This document shows positions 37,439 through 48,513 of a stretch of DNA of 64,000 nt, one piece after another (within the stretch, counting starts at the first letter, position 1; the number at the start of each line of letters is the position of its first letter). The translations under genes were made by a program, and so were the position numbers. Under the pieces are notes generated by a model. It worked only from the letters and a program-made list of their open reading frames with translations, ran no database searches and was not told where the DNA came from. This DNA comes from an uncultured Chloroflexia bacterium (GTDB lineage Bacteria > Chloroflexota > Limnocylindria > Limnocylindrales > CSP1-4), in the NCBI GenBank assembly GCA_963712745.1, contig CAVQJC010000002.1:128001-192000 (forward strand). The letters run 5' to 3'.

Positions 37439-38974
37439 CTATTCGCCCTGCCGCAGGCTGATGCCGTAGCCGTAGTCGGTGAAGGCCACCTTGATGTCGC
37501 CACAGCCGTTCTGGGTAAGGTAGTCGACCATCGGGCCGAGACCGGCCGCCACGCCGTGGAACAGGCCCAGTGAGAGCCACAGCTGATCGCCGTCGAGCCC
37601 GGCGTAGGTCACGGCCTCGCCCATGATCCAGGGGAGCGGCGCCTGGTGGGCTCCGTAGGGCGCGGCCGCGAACTGGCCTGAGGCGACGGTGGGCGGGCGG
37701 GTCTCCTGCCCGGCGAGCACGCCAGCCGCGACTCGATGAGCGAACTCCTGGGCCGCCGCCTCGAACACGCCCGGGTCAAGCAGCTCGCCCAGCGGTTCCA
37801 GGTCCGGCCGATGCGCGAGCACCCAGTCCTCGACGAAGATGGTCAGATCCTCGCGGGCCTCCTGCGTGGCCGCGGTACCGCCGGTCCCGGCCTGCTCCAG
37901 CGCGCCCGCCAGCTCTACGTAGCGCACCGTGTCCACGATCGACTCGAACGACTCCGCGTCGAGCGTGTTGAGCAGGCGCAGGGTGCGCCGGGCACGGCGC
38001 TGGTCGGCGGTGATGCTGGGCTCCAGCCATAGCGGCTGCATGTCGTACAGCTCGGCGTTGTCGGCGAGGTCCTGGCTGAGCGTGACGAGCGCGTCCGGGT
38101 CACCCCGGCAGACCAAGTCGAAGGCGACACCCTTGTCCTCCGACCACGCGTCCTCCACGATGACCATCTCCGCCGTCTCGGCCAGTGCCAGCGCCAGTGG
38201 CGAGTGGTGCCTGGGGCCCTCCGACAGCTTGGCGCCGGGATCCTGTTCGGCCAGATAGGCGAGTTCGCTGACGATGAGCCAGCGGTCCACGACCTGCACG
38301 AAGGGGGTGATGGAGGCCTCGCTCCCGAGCCAGTCGAAGAAACCGAAGCCATCGTAGCCGGCCTCGGTCAGCCATTCGACTTCGGCCTCGGGGTCGCCGA
38401 TGGCTCCGGCCAGCGCCTCGGCCACGGCCAGCGCCTCTGCGTGCGAGGGGTACTGCGCCAGCAGTGAGAGACGGCGCTGGTCCGGGTCGAGTGCGGAAGC
38501 GGCCGGGGCCTCGGACGAGTAGCGCAGCGCCGGGTCAAGGGGCAGCTCTGGCGGTCCGTCCCACCACCAGGGCCCGCCCTCGCCTTCGGGCACGATCGGG
38601 AGCCCCGTTGCGGGGTCGATGGCGTAGCCGGCCACCTCGGCCGGTGGCGACGGGCTGGGGGTCGGGGACGGAGTGGGCTCGGGCGTCGGCGATGGGGTCG
38701 GAGTGGGCTCGGGCGTCGGCGATGGGGTCGGAGTGGGGGTCGGCTCCGGGGTGGGCGACGGGCTGGGGCTGGGCGTCGGAGTCGGTGCCGGGGTCGGGCT
38801 GGGCGTCGGGGTCGGTGCCGGGGTCGCGGTGGGGGTGGGTTCCGGCGAGGGGCTGGGGCTGGGTGCCTGGCCCGCGCAGGCGCTGACAGTGAGGACGGTG
38901 GCCATCGCCACGGCCGACCATGACGAGGCGGTCCGAAGCCGGCTTCGGCTTCGGAGCGGTGGGGTCGTGGTCAT
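37439..38974 (-). CDS. Putative lipoprotein with long Pro/Thr/Ser linker, function unknown
   Basis: Lipobox-like LTVSAC, followed by ~70 aa of PT/PS/PE repeats. Confidence 0.75.
   Translation of the reverse strand: MTTTPPLRSRSRLRTASSWSAVAMATVLTVSACAGQAPSPSPSPEPTPTATPAPTPTPSPTPAPTPTPSPSPSPTPEPTPTPTPSPTPEPTPTPSPTPEPTPSPTPSPSPPAEVAGYAIDPATGLPIVPEGEGGPWWWDGPPELPLDPALRYSSEAPAASALDPDQRRLSLLAQYPSHAEALAVAEALAGAIGDPEAEVEWLTEAGYDGFGFFDWLGSEASITPFVQVVDRWLIVSELAYLAEQDPGAKLSEGPRHHSPLALALAETAEMVIVEDAWSEDKGVAFDLVCRGDPDALVTLSQDLADNAELYDMQPLWLEPSITADQRRARRTLRLLNTLDAESFESIVDTVRYVELAGALEQAGTGGTAATQEAREDLTIFVEDWVLAHRPDLEPLGELLDPGVFEAAAQEFAHRVAAGVLAGQETRPPTVASGQFAAAPYGAHQAPLPWIMGEAVTYAGLDGDQLWLSLGLFHGVAAGLGPMVDYLTQNGCGDIKVAFTDYGYGISLRQGE
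38650..38860 (-). repeat. Coding low-complexity PTPSP repeats, including a perfect 30-bp duplication at 38670-38729
   Basis: GGAGTGGGCTCGGGCGTCGGCGATGGGGTC x2 and related units. Confidence 0.85.
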
Positions 38975-38997
38975 CGCAGGCTCTCCTCTCACCGCAA

Positions 38998-39573
38998 CTA
39001 GGGCGCGCTACCCGACGGGCGCGCCAGGTGACTGAAGAACTCCGCGCGGGTCTTGTCACTGCTGCGGAACAGCCCGAGCACGGCCGAGGTCGTCATCACC
39101 ATGCCCGGCTTGCGCACGCCGCGCATGCTGGCGCAGAGGTGAGTAGCTTCGACCACCACGCCCACGCCCTTGGGTGAGAGCTGGTCCATGAGGAAGTCGG
39201 CGACCTGCTGCGTGAGCCGCTCCTGTATCTGCAGCCGACGGGCGTACATGTCCACCACGCGCGGGATCTTGGACAGACCGATGACCCGGTGGTCGGGGAT
39301 GTAGGCGACCGCCGCGGAGCCGGCGAAGGGCAGCAGGTGATGCTCGCACAGCGAGTGGAAGGGGATGTCCTTGACCACCACCATCTCCGAGTAGTCCACC
39401 TCGAAGACCGCGTCGTTGAGCACCTCACGCGGATCCATGGCGTAGCCGGCCGTGAGCTCCAAGTAGAGACGCTCGATGCGGGCGGGCGTCTCGGCGAGGC
39501 CGGAACGGTCCGGATCCTCGCCGATCTCGGACAGGATCGTGCGGACCGCGTCCTCGATGGGGCTGGCGCTCAC
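38998..39573 (-). CDS. folE: GTP cyclohydrolase I
   Basis: [38 protein letters not shown]. Confidence 0.97.
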   Translation of the reverse strand: MSASPIEDAVRTILSEIGEDPDRSGLAETPARIERLYLELTAGYAMDPREVLNDAVFEVDYSEMVVVKDIPFHSLCEHHLLPFAGSAAVAYIPDHRVIGLSKIPRVVDMYARRLQIQERLTQQVADFLMDQLSPKGVGVVVEATHLCASMRGVRKPGMVMTTSAVLGLFRSSDKTRAEFFSHLARPSGSAP

Positions 39574-39577
39574 GCGG

Positions 39578-39766
39578 CTACTTGGGCGTCGACGCGGCGT
39601 CGTCGTCCGTCTTCTCGGTCGGCGGCTCAGCCGTATCGCGGTCCATCGTGTCGCGCGCGCCCTTGACGGCCTTGCCCAGCGCTTCCCCGAACTGGGGCAG
39701 CATCGATGGGCCGCGCCAGACCAGGACGACGATGAGGACGACGATGAGGACGAGCAGGATATCCAC
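39578..39766 (-). CDS. tatA: TatA/E-family translocase subunit
   Basis: Single TM segment followed by amphipathic [15 protein letters not shown]. Confidence 0.8.
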   Translation of the reverse strand: MDILLVLIVVLIVVLVWRGPSMLPQFGEALGKAVKGARDTMDRDTAEPPTEKTDDDAASTPK

Positions 39767-39841
39767 GATGGCGCACATGGTACCCCTGCGGCCGCATCGA
39801 CCCGTGAGTCACGGGGTCGGGCTCTGCGCCCCAGGCGCCGA

Positions 39842-40783
39842 TCAGGCGCCGATCAGGTCCCGGATCTCGGCTGTGACCTCGTCGGGTCGATAGCGCATGA
39901 GGTCGTGGCCGGCGCTGTCGAAGACTCGCACGCGCATGGGCTCGAGGCCGGCCTCGGCGCGGGCTCGCTGGGCGTCGTCGATGGCCAGCCGCCGTTCACG
40001 CTCGTCTTCATCGTCGGCGGTGCCGGGGCCGGCCACCAGGATGGAGATCGGACAGCGAAGCTCGGGCAGGGCGTCCAGCGGGGCGTAGCCGTACATCGCC
40101 GCGACGCAGCGGCGGATGACCGAGCCCTTGGCCACGAGACCCACGTGTCCGGCATGCCGCTCGGTCACCTGCGCCCGGGCAGCGGCCTCCTGGTCGGCGT
40201 CCCAGCTGGCCGGATCGAAGTCGCGACGGTCGGCCAGGTACGTGTCCATGGATGCCAGCACCTCCGGCGGCTCGGCCATGGCCTCTACCAGCTGGTCGGG
40301 CAGCAGGCGCGTGGCCTCGACCATCTCCTCCCAGCCTCCGTCGAGCAGGGCCAGGGCAGCGACCGAAGCTGGCTGCTGCCGTGCCATCTCGACCGCGATC
40401 ATCGCGCCCAGGCCGTGTCCGGAGACCAGCACCGGCGGACCATCGACAGCCTCGCCCCAGCCAGCCCCGGCTACGACGGTCAGGACGTCGAGAGCGAGCC
40501 CCTCGAGGTCGTAGCCGGTCAGTGGTGCGTCCGACGCACCGTGCCCGCGCAGGTCCGGGGCAACGACAGCGTTGGTGCTAGCCAGGCGGCGGCCGATGGG
40601 CAGCCAGGTCCAGGCGGTACGGGTCAGCCCGTGCACGAGCACGACCGGCGGGCTCGCAGGCGTAGTCGGGTTCGCGGCCGGCCCGGCCCAGGCCAGGTAG
40701 TGGATGCGCTCGCCCGACTGCAGCTGCACGATCATCGACTCGGGATCGGGGCCGGGATGGCGCTCGGGACCAGGAGGGCTCAC
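39842..40783 (-). CDS. Alpha/beta fold hydrolase
   Basis: [18 protein letters not shown] (Gly where the nucleophile Ser usually is), AGHD. Confidence 0.85.
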   Translation of the reverse strand: MSPPGPERHPGPDPESMIVQLQSGERIHYLAWAGPAANPTTPASPPVVLVHGLTRTAWTWLPIGRRLASTNAVVAPDLRGHGASDAPLTGYDLEGLALDVLTVVAGAGWGEAVDGPPVLVSGHGLGAMIAVEMARQQPASVAALALLDGGWEEMVEATRLLPDQLVEAMAEPPEVLASMDTYLADRRDFDPASWDADQEAAARAQVTERHAGHVGLVAKGSVIRRCVAAMYGYAPLDALPELRCPISILVAGPGTADDEDERERRLAIDDAQRARAEAGLEPMRVRVFDSAGHDLMRYRPDEVTAEIRDLIGA

Positions 40784-40825
40784 ACCCAGAGCATACGGTC
40801 GGGCGCTCCGTGCCATCCTCTGGCC

Positions 40826-41254
40826 ATGCCCCTGAAGCGCCGCGGCCAGCTGGCCCGAGCTCATCCCGACCGCCGGCTGGCCCGCCAGGCCCGTCGACAC
40901 GTGCCCTTCGAGACGCTCGTCGAGCGGGCGCTGGACAGCCTGCCCGAGGACTTCGCGCGGCTGCTCGAGGACGTGGCCATCGTCATCGAGGACTCACCGA
41001 CCCCGGAACAGGCGAGCCTGGGCGGCGCCGAGGACGGCTGGCTGTATGGCCTCTACGAGGGCGTGCCGGCCGTCGAGTGGGGTGCCGACTACGTAGCCTT
41101 GCCCAACAAGATCACGCTCTTCCAGCGTCCGCTGGAAGCGGACTTCCCCGATCGGGTCGAGCTCGAGGAAGAGGTGCGCATCACGGTCATCCATGAGCTG
41201 GCCCACCACGCGGGCATCGACGACGACCGCCTCCACGAGCTCGACCTCGACTGA
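40826..41254 (+). CDS. Zincin-like (minimal) metallopeptidase
   Basis: LYGLYEGVP, P.KITLFQRP, HELAHH.G. Confidence 0.9.
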   Translation: MPLKRRGQLARAHPDRRLARQARRHVPFETLVERALDSLPEDFARLLEDVAIVIEDSPTPEQASLGGAEDGWLYGLYEGVPAVEWGADYVALPNKITLFQRPLEADFPDRVELEEEVRITVIHELAHHAGIDDDRLHELDLD

Positions 41255-41316
41255 CCGGCGCGATGGGCGCGCGGACAGTTCCAGGGCGCGGCCGTCACAC
41301 GATCGTCACGAAGCTA

Positions 41317-41334
41317 TTTGCGTACTTGCGCAAA
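41317..41334. promoter_or_regulatory. Palindromic putative ArsR operator
   Basis: TTTGCG-TACTTG-CGCAAA about 20 bp upstream of the arsR-family start. Confidence 0.55.
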
Positions 41335-41353
41335 CGATGAGAACATGTGGCTC

Positions 41354-41683
41354 ATGACGACAGCAGCCGGGCCCGACACCGTCCCCCTGGACGGAGCCGA
41401 GCCCACCACCGACGCCGAACGCCAGCGGTATGCGGCCATCAGCCGCGCCCTGGCCGACGCCAAGCGGCTGTGCGTGCTGGAGTGCCTCTCATACGGCGAA
41501 CGCTCTGTGAGCGATCTCTCGAGAGAGGCCAGCTGCCAGGTCCCCAACATGAGCCAGCATCTCGCCGTCCTGCGTGCGGCGGGGCTGGTGGTCTCGCGGC
41601 GGGAAGGCAACACCGTCCTCTATCGCCTCAGCGATCCCAGGATCCTGGAGGCGTATCGATTGATCAAGTCCGTAGCCGACTAG
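41354..41683 (+). CDS. ArsR/SmtB family regulator
   Basis: ALADAKRL, SV.DL, SQHLAVLR.AGLV..RREG..V.Y.L. Confidence 0.93.
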   Translation: MTTAAGPDTVPLDGAEPTTDAERQRYAAISRALADAKRLCVLECLSYGERSVSDLSREASCQVPNMSQHLAVLRAAGLVVSRREGNTVLYRLSDPRILEAYRLIKSVAD

Positions 41684-41749
41684 GGTCACGGTCTTCCGCT
41701 TCAGGCGGGAAACGGAACGCCGCCCAGAGCGGAGAAAGGAAACACTGTC

Positions 41750-42106
41750 ATGGCCATCAAGGAAGCCACCGACCAGACCTTCGAAGAGCTCGTCCTGAAG
41801 AACGACAAGCCCGTCGTCGTGGACTTCTGGGCGGTGTGGTGCGGGCCCTGCAAGCTCGTAGCACCGGAGATGGAGAAGCTCTCGGAGAAGTACGACGGCG
41901 TCGTCGACGTGGTCAAGGTCGATGTCGATGCCAACCCCGGCCTCTCGCAGGCCTACCAGATCATGAGCATCCCGACCATCGCCTACTTCAAGCCCGGCGA
42001 CCAGCCCAAGGGCGTGGTCGGCTTCCAGCCGCTGGAGCAGCTCGAGAAGAAGTTCGGTCTCGACGAGCTGGCCGCGGCCGACAGCCCGGAGGCCGCCACC
42101 GCCTAG
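41750..42106 (+). CDS. trxA: Thioredoxin
   Basis: DFWAVWCGPCK, SIPT. Confidence 0.96.
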   Translation: MAIKEATDQTFEELVLKNDKPVVVDFWAVWCGPCKLVAPEMEKLSEKYDGVVDVVKVDVDANPGLSQAYQIMSIPTIAYFKPGDQPKGVVGFQPLEQLEKKFGLDELAAADSPEAATA

Positions 42107-42152
42107 GCCTAGGACGACCTGGGACCGAGGCGGGCGCCCCAGGGCGCCTTGT

Positions 42153-42201
42153 CCAGACGCACCGACGCCCCGGCAAGATCCCGGGGCGTCTTGCCGTCTG
42201 G
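42153..42201. terminator. Hairpin between convergent genes
   Basis: GACGCCCCGG-caagatc-CCGGGGCGTC core with outer CCAGACG/CGTCTGG arms. Confidence 0.6.
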
Positions 42202-42219
42202 CGCTACGTGCTCCTCGCG

Positions 42220-42540
42220 CTAGTTCGAGCCGGCGTGCCGCCAGGCGGTCTGGAACCAGGCCGCTGCCCGGTCGATGACATGGCGCTCATCATGCGCCGG
42301 CGTGAAGCGGAGCCAGCCGCGGTCGTCTGCGTCGAGCGCGGTGTCCGGCGTGCGCAGCGCGGCATCGGCGATATCGTCCGGCAGCCTGACCGCCAGGGTC
42401 GGGCCTGAGACCCGCGCGAACTCGGTGCCGCCCCTGACATAGGTCACCATCTCGCCGTCGGCGGAACTGGTGACGTCGTCCAACTCCTCGGCCAGGTCCG
42501 CACACAGGCCCGCCAGGTCTGGCGCGTGGTTCTCATTCAT
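42220..42540 (-). CDS. Hypothetical protein (YjbR/luciferase-like small fold possible)
   Basis: 106-aa ORF, TAGGCT -10 six nt before ATG; FA.V, GW..F, W...AW pattern. Confidence 0.7.
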   Translation of the reverse strand: MNENHAPDLAGLCADLAEELDDVTSSADGEMVTYVRGGTEFARVSGPTLAVRLPDDIADAALRTPDTALDADDRGWLRFTPAHDERHVIDRAAAWFQTAWRHAGSN

Positions 42541-42602
42541 GTCGCGAGCCTACCGCCCGTGGCCGCGGTTCGTAAGGTCGGGCAGGTCTCGGCGGCCGTG
42601 TG

Positions 42603-43640
42603 CTAGCGCTCGAACCGTCGCTGCAGCACCGCGTGGATCGGAGACGGCGATAAGGATGACGGCGCCGTAGATGAACTGCTCCAGGTAGTTGGTGAGGCCG
42701 ACGGCCACGATACCGGCCTGGATGCCGCCGATCATGAAGGCGCCGACGAGCGTGCCGTAGATGCTGCCTCGCCCACCGAAGACCGAGGTGCCACCGACGA
42801 AGACCGCAGCCAGGGTCGGCAGCAGGTAGCCGGCCCCCATACCTGGGTAGAAGTTCACGAACTGGAGGCTGTTGAGCAGGCCCGCCAAGGCTGCGGTCAG
42901 CCCCGTCAGGGTGAAGAGCGATGATGCGGGTGCGCCGGATGGGCGATGCCCATCAGGCCCGCTGCCTGCTTGTTGTCGCCGACGACGTAGGTGTTCTGGC
43001 CCAGGCGGTGTCGGTTGAGCAGCAGGCAGGCGACGACCGTCACGAGCGACCAGCCACCAGAACTCCATCGGGAATCCCCAGGAATGGCTTGCCCACGAGG
43101 ACATCGCGGGTAGGTCACCGCGAGTCTCGCCAGAGCGAAGGATTGCCGCGCCACAAGCACGAGCACGAGGCCACGGAAGAGGAACTGCGTGCCGATCGTC
43201 ACGACCAGCGACGGCAGGCCGATGATGCGTGACGACAAGGCCATTGAACAGGCCAGCACCGGCGCCGAGCGGCCGAGCGATACGAAGGCCGCCAGCAGCA
43301 CGTTCTCGGTCGCGTCCCATATCCAGACGAAGCCGACCATGCCCAGGGCCATGACCGAGCGGAAGGACAGGTCGATGTCCCCGGCCACGATGACCATCGT
43401 GAGGGCCATGGCCACGATGGCGAAGTAGGGCATCGTCTGCGCGTACGACATGTAGATGCGCTCGCAGCCGAAGGTCTCAGGCGCCAGAATGAGGAAGACC
43501 AGCCAGAGCAGCGATGAACGCGACAGTGATGCCGATCTGGGAGGGGTAGCGGTGGCGAACGCGGTCAGTGGGCTCGCCCGGCACGCTCCTTCGGGCTGAG
43601 CGGCGCGGCCTCCGTTCGTGGAGGTCCTGCGTCGTCCGGT
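42603..43640 (-). CDS. Sugar ABC transporter permease (RbsC-like); several frameshifts, boundaries approximate
   Basis: GDIDLS, LPSLVVTIGT, YVVGDN..AA.LMGI, AAVFVGGTSVFGGRGSIYGT spread across frames. Confidence 0.85.
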
Positions 43641-44504
43641 CAGCCTGCTCGTCAGCGATTGAGGCGAGACTGCGATCGGGTTCGAACCTCCCCGTCGAGG
43701 CGATCTCACTCATGATGTCCATCAGCTCGTCGAGGCGTGTAGCGCGAGGTCGGGAAGTCACCGGCCACTCGACCGCGGTCCAGGATGCACGATACGGTCG
43801 GCCACCGAGTAGACGTGGAAGATGTTGTGGTCGATGAAGATGGCCGACTTGCCTCTGTCGCGGATGCCGTCCACGAAGTGCAGCAGCTTCTCGGTCTCCT
43901 TAAGGGAGAGGCCCATCGTCGGCTCGTCGAGGATGATGATGTCGGCCTCGAAGTGACAGCGCGCGCACGATCGCCAGGCCCTGTCGTTCGCCACCGGATA
44001 GACCGGTGACCGTCGTGTCAGGAGTCAACACCGCGGACGTGAAGCCCATCGACTCGGTCATGAGCTCTTCGGTGATGCGGCGCATCTCGCCGACTCGCAG
44101 GAACCCCAGCCGACCCGCCACGGCGCGACCCATGAAGATGTTTCGCCAGAGCGGCAGTTGCTCGGCCAGCGCACGCTCCTGGAAGACGGTCTCCACGCCA
44201 AGCGCACGGGCCTTCTGTACGGTCAAGTCTCGGACTCGCCTCGACCGCCGAACCGGATCTCGCCCTGGTCGGGCTGGTGGACTCCGGTGACGACCTTGAT
44301 GAGGGTCGACTTCCCCGCGCCGTTGTCACCGAGCAGGCCCACGACTTCGCCGCCGGTGAGCTTGAAGCTGACGTCCTCGAGAACATCGACACCACCAAAG
44401 GACTTGTAGATGTTGCGCAGCTCCAGGCGCGGTAACTCGGCCTGGCGAGGGTCGGAGCCCTCGCCAGCCCTCACGTCATCCGAGACGACGTGCTGATCGG
44501 TCAC
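43640..44504 (-). CDS. Sugar ABC transporter ATP-binding protein; several frameshifts, boundaries approximate
   Basis: [31 protein letters not shown] across frames. Confidence 0.85.
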
Positions 44505-45517
44505 TAGCGAATCTGCTGCTCGACGAGCGGCGCGACCATGTCGATGTTGCTGGAATCGACGAAACCGCCGCCGGTGTCGATGAACAGGCCACTGAAGCCG
44601 TAGTTGTGGCTCAGGCAGATCTGGAGCGACCGCTTCGAAGCCCTGCAGCCACTGCTGCTGGTCGATGGCCAGATCGACGTAGCCGGTCTGGATGCCCTCG
44701 ATGGTCGCCGGGGCCAGGTCGAAGCCAGCCACGTAGAGCGCCTCGGGAGCGATGCCCGCGGCCTCCAGGTAGGCCCGTGCCGTCGAGGTCACGTTGCCAT
44801 GATCGAGGAATGCGGCCTTCAGATCGGGATTGGCCGATGCCATACCCGTGAACGTCGAGATGCCGGCCGACGGGTCGGCATTGGTGGCATCGTCGATCTC
44901 GAGGTAGATGACGTCCATGCCGGCCTCGTTGAGGGCGTCATGGATGCCCAGGGTTCGCTCACCGCGACCGGGCTGGGCTTCAAGGCCCCACAGGAAGACC
45001 TGGTCACCGGCCTCGAGTCCGCCGCGCTTGATGGCTTCGCGGGCCAGGTCGCCGCCGGCCTTGTAGAGGACGGCGCCGACATAGCCGGTGCCGGCCGTCA
45101 TGTGGGCCGCTTCGGTCTCCGCGAGCTCGGTGTTCATGACCGTGACCACGATGCCGCTGGCGACGGCGTCGTCGACGAGCGGCTTGAACGCGTCGTCACC
45201 GGGATGACCCATGATGGCGATGCCGTCCGGGCTGGTCGCCACGGCCTCACCGAACTGGGTGATCATCTTGTTCGGATCCAGTCGGACCAGACGTATTGCA
45301 CCGTGGGCCCGAAGGCCAGCTCGGCGGCCTTGGCCCCGTTGGCCACGACGGTCTCGAACGGACCACCCTGAGTGCCACCGGGGAAGAAGACGATATTGGT
45401 GCCCTCGCAGAACTTGCCGTCGTCCTGTGCCGCGACAGCTGCAGTGGTGCCGACGGCCGCCGAGGCCGCGAGCGATACCGCGATCGTGGCTGACAGGAAC
45501 CTCCGGGATACCTTCAT
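44504..45517 (-). CDS. Sugar ABC transporter substrate-binding protein; frameshifts at ~45277 and ~44625
   Basis: Signal peptide; [30 protein letters not shown]. Confidence 0.88.
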
Positions 45518-45703
45518 GTAGCGATACCTCCTCTTGCTCTCAGGGTGGACCTGGCTTGTACGCTGCTTCGTCCCGTGCTCCCTCCCTTCTGCACCCGACG
45601 GCGTTGGCCGTCCTGGAGCGTAGTTAATCAGCTAGCTCCGATACTGCTACCCCCGTCCCCAGCAGGCGCGTGACCTTCGGGATGACTTCGGGGGTCCATT
45701 CGG

Positions 45704-45717
45704 AGCAATCGTATGCA
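45704..45717. promoter_or_regulatory. Putative LacI-type operator overlapping the -10 of the ABC operon promoter
   Basis: AGCAATCGTATGCA palindrome with central CG; minus strand TCGACA-17-TACGAT. Confidence 0.6.
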
Positions 45718-45928
45718 CTCAAGCGCCGCCTGTCGATGCCCTTGCCCCAACAAGCGATGCCACGGCAGGACGGGCGACCAGCCAGGCTCCGATTCGCCAA
45801 GCACTCGAATCGTGCCCAACGCATCCGACCCGGCGGAGGTGGAGCACGGTGACCCGCGCCCCGGGCCGATGGTCGGACTCGACCCTGAGCCGATCCGAGC
45901 GATCCGGCCAAGCGGGTCGCCCGCGACC

Positions 45929-47095
45929 TCACTCGGTGAGGAACTTGTAGCTGGTCCTCGTCTTGTACTCCTCGCCTGGAGCCAGCAACGCGTTGGGGAA
46001 GCCTTCCTGGTTCGGCGAGTCGGGGAAGATCTGGGTTTCGAGTGCGAGGCCATCACCCTGGCGGAAGGCCTTGTCGGCCTGACCATAGACGGTCCCATCG
46101 AGGAAGTTGCCAGCGTAGAACTGGATGCCCGGCTCCTCGGTCCAGACCTCCAACACACGGCCGGTCGACGGCTCCGACAGGCGGGCAGCCATCATCCAGG
46201 AGCGGTCGTCCCACGCGCCGTCAGCGCTGTGCTCGCGGTCGAGCACCCAGTTGTGGTCGTAGCCGCGACCGATGATGATCTGCTCGTGATCCGAGCGGTT
46301 CCGCTCGCCGATCGCCGTGGGTGTCGTGAAGTCGAACGGGGTATCCGCGACGGGAGCGATTTCGCCGGTCGGGATCAGCGTCGGATCCACGGGGGTGTAG
46401 TTGCTAGCGTTGAGCTGCAGCACATGATCATCGATCGTGCCCATGCCCTCGCCCTTGAGGTTCCAGTAGGCATGATTCGTCAGGTTGATCACCGTGGTCT
46501 TGTCGGTGGTGGCCAGGTAGTCCATCAGGAGCTCATTCTCATCCGTCAGGGTGTACGTGACCTTGACATCGAGGTTGCCCGGATAGCCCTCTTCCATGTC
46601 CGGGCTCATGTACGAGAACTGGACGGCGACGCCCTCATCGCTCTCGACCTCTTCTGCGGTCCAGACGACCTTGTCGAAGCCTTTCAGGCCACCGTGGAGC
46701 GCATTGGGGTCGTTGTTGATGGCGAGGCTGTACTCCTCACCATCGATGGTGAACTTGCCCAACGCGATGCGATTCGCATAGCGCCCCGTGATGGTGCCGA
46801 AGTACGGGCTCATCGACTCGTAGTCGGCCATGTTATCGAAGCCCAGGTTGACGTTCGCGATGTTGCCGTCGCGATCGGGCACGTTGACCTGACTCAGCGT
46901 GCCGCCCCACGTGAGGATCTTGACCTCCATCCCGTTGGCGTTGGTCAGGGTCCATTGCTCGACGGCGGCCCCATCCGACGTCGTGTCGAAGGGAGCGCTC
47001 GAGACGCTCTGTGCAACGGCCGCGTTGGGGAGTGCGGCTAGCAAGAGCATCGTCGCGGCGCCGATGGCGAATACACGACTAATCGATCTGTTCAC
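45929..47095 (-). CDS. galM: Aldose 1-epimerase (mutarotase) with signal peptide
   Basis: GRYANRI, NALHGG, GYPG, NLTNHAYWNL, GYDHN, GLALETQ..PD; N-terminal ..AAVA/Q signal. Confidence 0.93.
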   Translation of the reverse strand: MNRSISRVFAIGAATMLLLAALPNAAVAQSVSSAPFDTTSDGAAVEQWTLTNANGMEVKILTWGGTLSQVNVPDRDGNIANVNLGFDNMADYESMSPYFGTITGRYANRIALGKFTIDGEEYSLAINNDPNALHGGLKGFDKVVWTAEEVESDEGVAVQFSYMSPDMEEGYPGNLDVKVTYTLTDENELLMDYLATTDKTTVINLTNHAYWNLKGEGMGTIDDHVLQLNASNYTPVDPTLIPTGEIAPVADTPFDFTTPTAIGERNRSDHEQIIIGRGYDHNWVLDREHSADGAWDDRSWMMAARLSEPSTGRVLEVWTEEPGIQFYAGNFLDGTVYGQADKAFRQGDGLALETQIFPDSPNQEGFPNALLAPGEEYKTRTSYKFLTE

Positions 47096-47315
47096 AACAG
47101 GCTCTCCTCCTGTGGGCGTTGACGCTGGACGGTGACCTCCGTCTTTCCGCCGCCCAGCGTCCCCTTTGGCGAGCCCGTATGTATCGAGCTCGCGACGGCC
47201 CCATTATAGTAGGTGCAATCGAACGGCGGCAATGGTATGCACCAAACAGAACGCAGCGCCACTCCAGCCCTCCCGACGGGCTGCACCGAATGACCAAGGC
47301 AGCTGTCCCTGCTCA

Positions 47316-47343
47316 TGCAAACGAGTGTGTGCACACATATGCT
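47316..47343. promoter_or_regulatory. Tandem putative LacI operators in the galM/lacI divergent region
   Basis: TGCAAACGAGTGTG and TGCACACATATGCT; extra half-site TGCAATCG at 47214. Confidence 0.55.
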
Positions 47344-47415
47344 TGGAGTTGCGGCGAACCATCTGGCGCATGAGCGGGTCGAGTCGAGCGTTGTGAGCCA
47401 GGGAGGACAAACGGC

Positions 47416-48510
47416 ATGTCGCGGACAACAGGCAGATCCGGCGAGATTGCGGACGGCGAGGTCGCTCGGCAAGCGCGGCGTTCGCAAGCGCCTACGATGC
47501 GTGACATCGCCACGGTCACCGGCGTCTCCCAGTCCACCGTTTCGCGGGTCCTCAGTGGCACCGCCACCGCAGTGCCCATCGCTGAGACCACACGCGAGCG
47601 CGTCATCAGGACGGCTCAAGAGCTGGGCTATCGGCCCAATCCTCTGGCTCGTGGGCTCCGCGGCGCGCCGACGATGCTGCTTGGCGTCATCGTCCGCGAC
47701 ATCACCGATCCCTTCTTCGCCGGCGCCATCGAGGCTGCCTCGCCGCCAGGCCGACAAGCGTGGCTACAACGTGGTCCTGGGCCACGCCCACGAGAGCGCC
47801 GACGAGGCCGTCGCCCTGTGGGGCATCCTCGAGGCGCGCCACTGCGATGCCATCCTCTTCCTCGGTGACCTACGCGATCGACCGGACCTGCTCAAGGACC
47901 TGAAGAACACGAGCATCCCCGTGGTGGCCTTGTGGCACGGCTCGCGCGACAGTGGGTTCCCGACCGTCTGCGTCGACAATGCCGCCGGCATCGCATCGGT
48001 GATGGACCACCTCATCGGGCTGAGGTCATCAGCGCATCGCCTTCGCCGGGCCGAAACGCCTCGGAGACATCGCCGAGCGGGAGTTGGCCTACCTCGCTTC
48101 ACTGGAGCGCCATGACCTGCCCCGTCACGAGGAGTACCGCCTCGAGGTCGACAACAGCTTCAGCGGCGGCAGCTTCGCCCTCGACATGCTGATGGACCTC
48201 CGCCAGCCTCCGACCGCCATGGTGACAGCCACCGACGTCATCGCCATCGGCATGCTGCATGCGCGCCCACCGAAGGGGGCTGCGAGTGCCTCGCGACCTC
48301 TCCATCACCGGCTTCGACGACATCCCCGTGGCTGCAGTCAGCGTGCCCGCGCTGACGAGCGTGCGGATGCCCACCGAGGCCATGCTCGCTGCGGCGGTCG
48401 ACATCGCCATCGGCGATAGGTCGACGCGACCAGCCATCCAGTCCTCCAGCCGACGCTCGTGGTGCGGGCGTCGACCGGGCCGGTAGCCGGCCAGCCAGTC
48501 ACAGAGAAGG
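47416..48510 (+). CDS. LacI family regulator (arabinose locus); multiple frameshifts, end approximate
   Basis: TMRDIA...[30 protein letters not shown]....[21 protein letters not shown]. Confidence 0.88.
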
Positions 48511-48513
48511 AAC

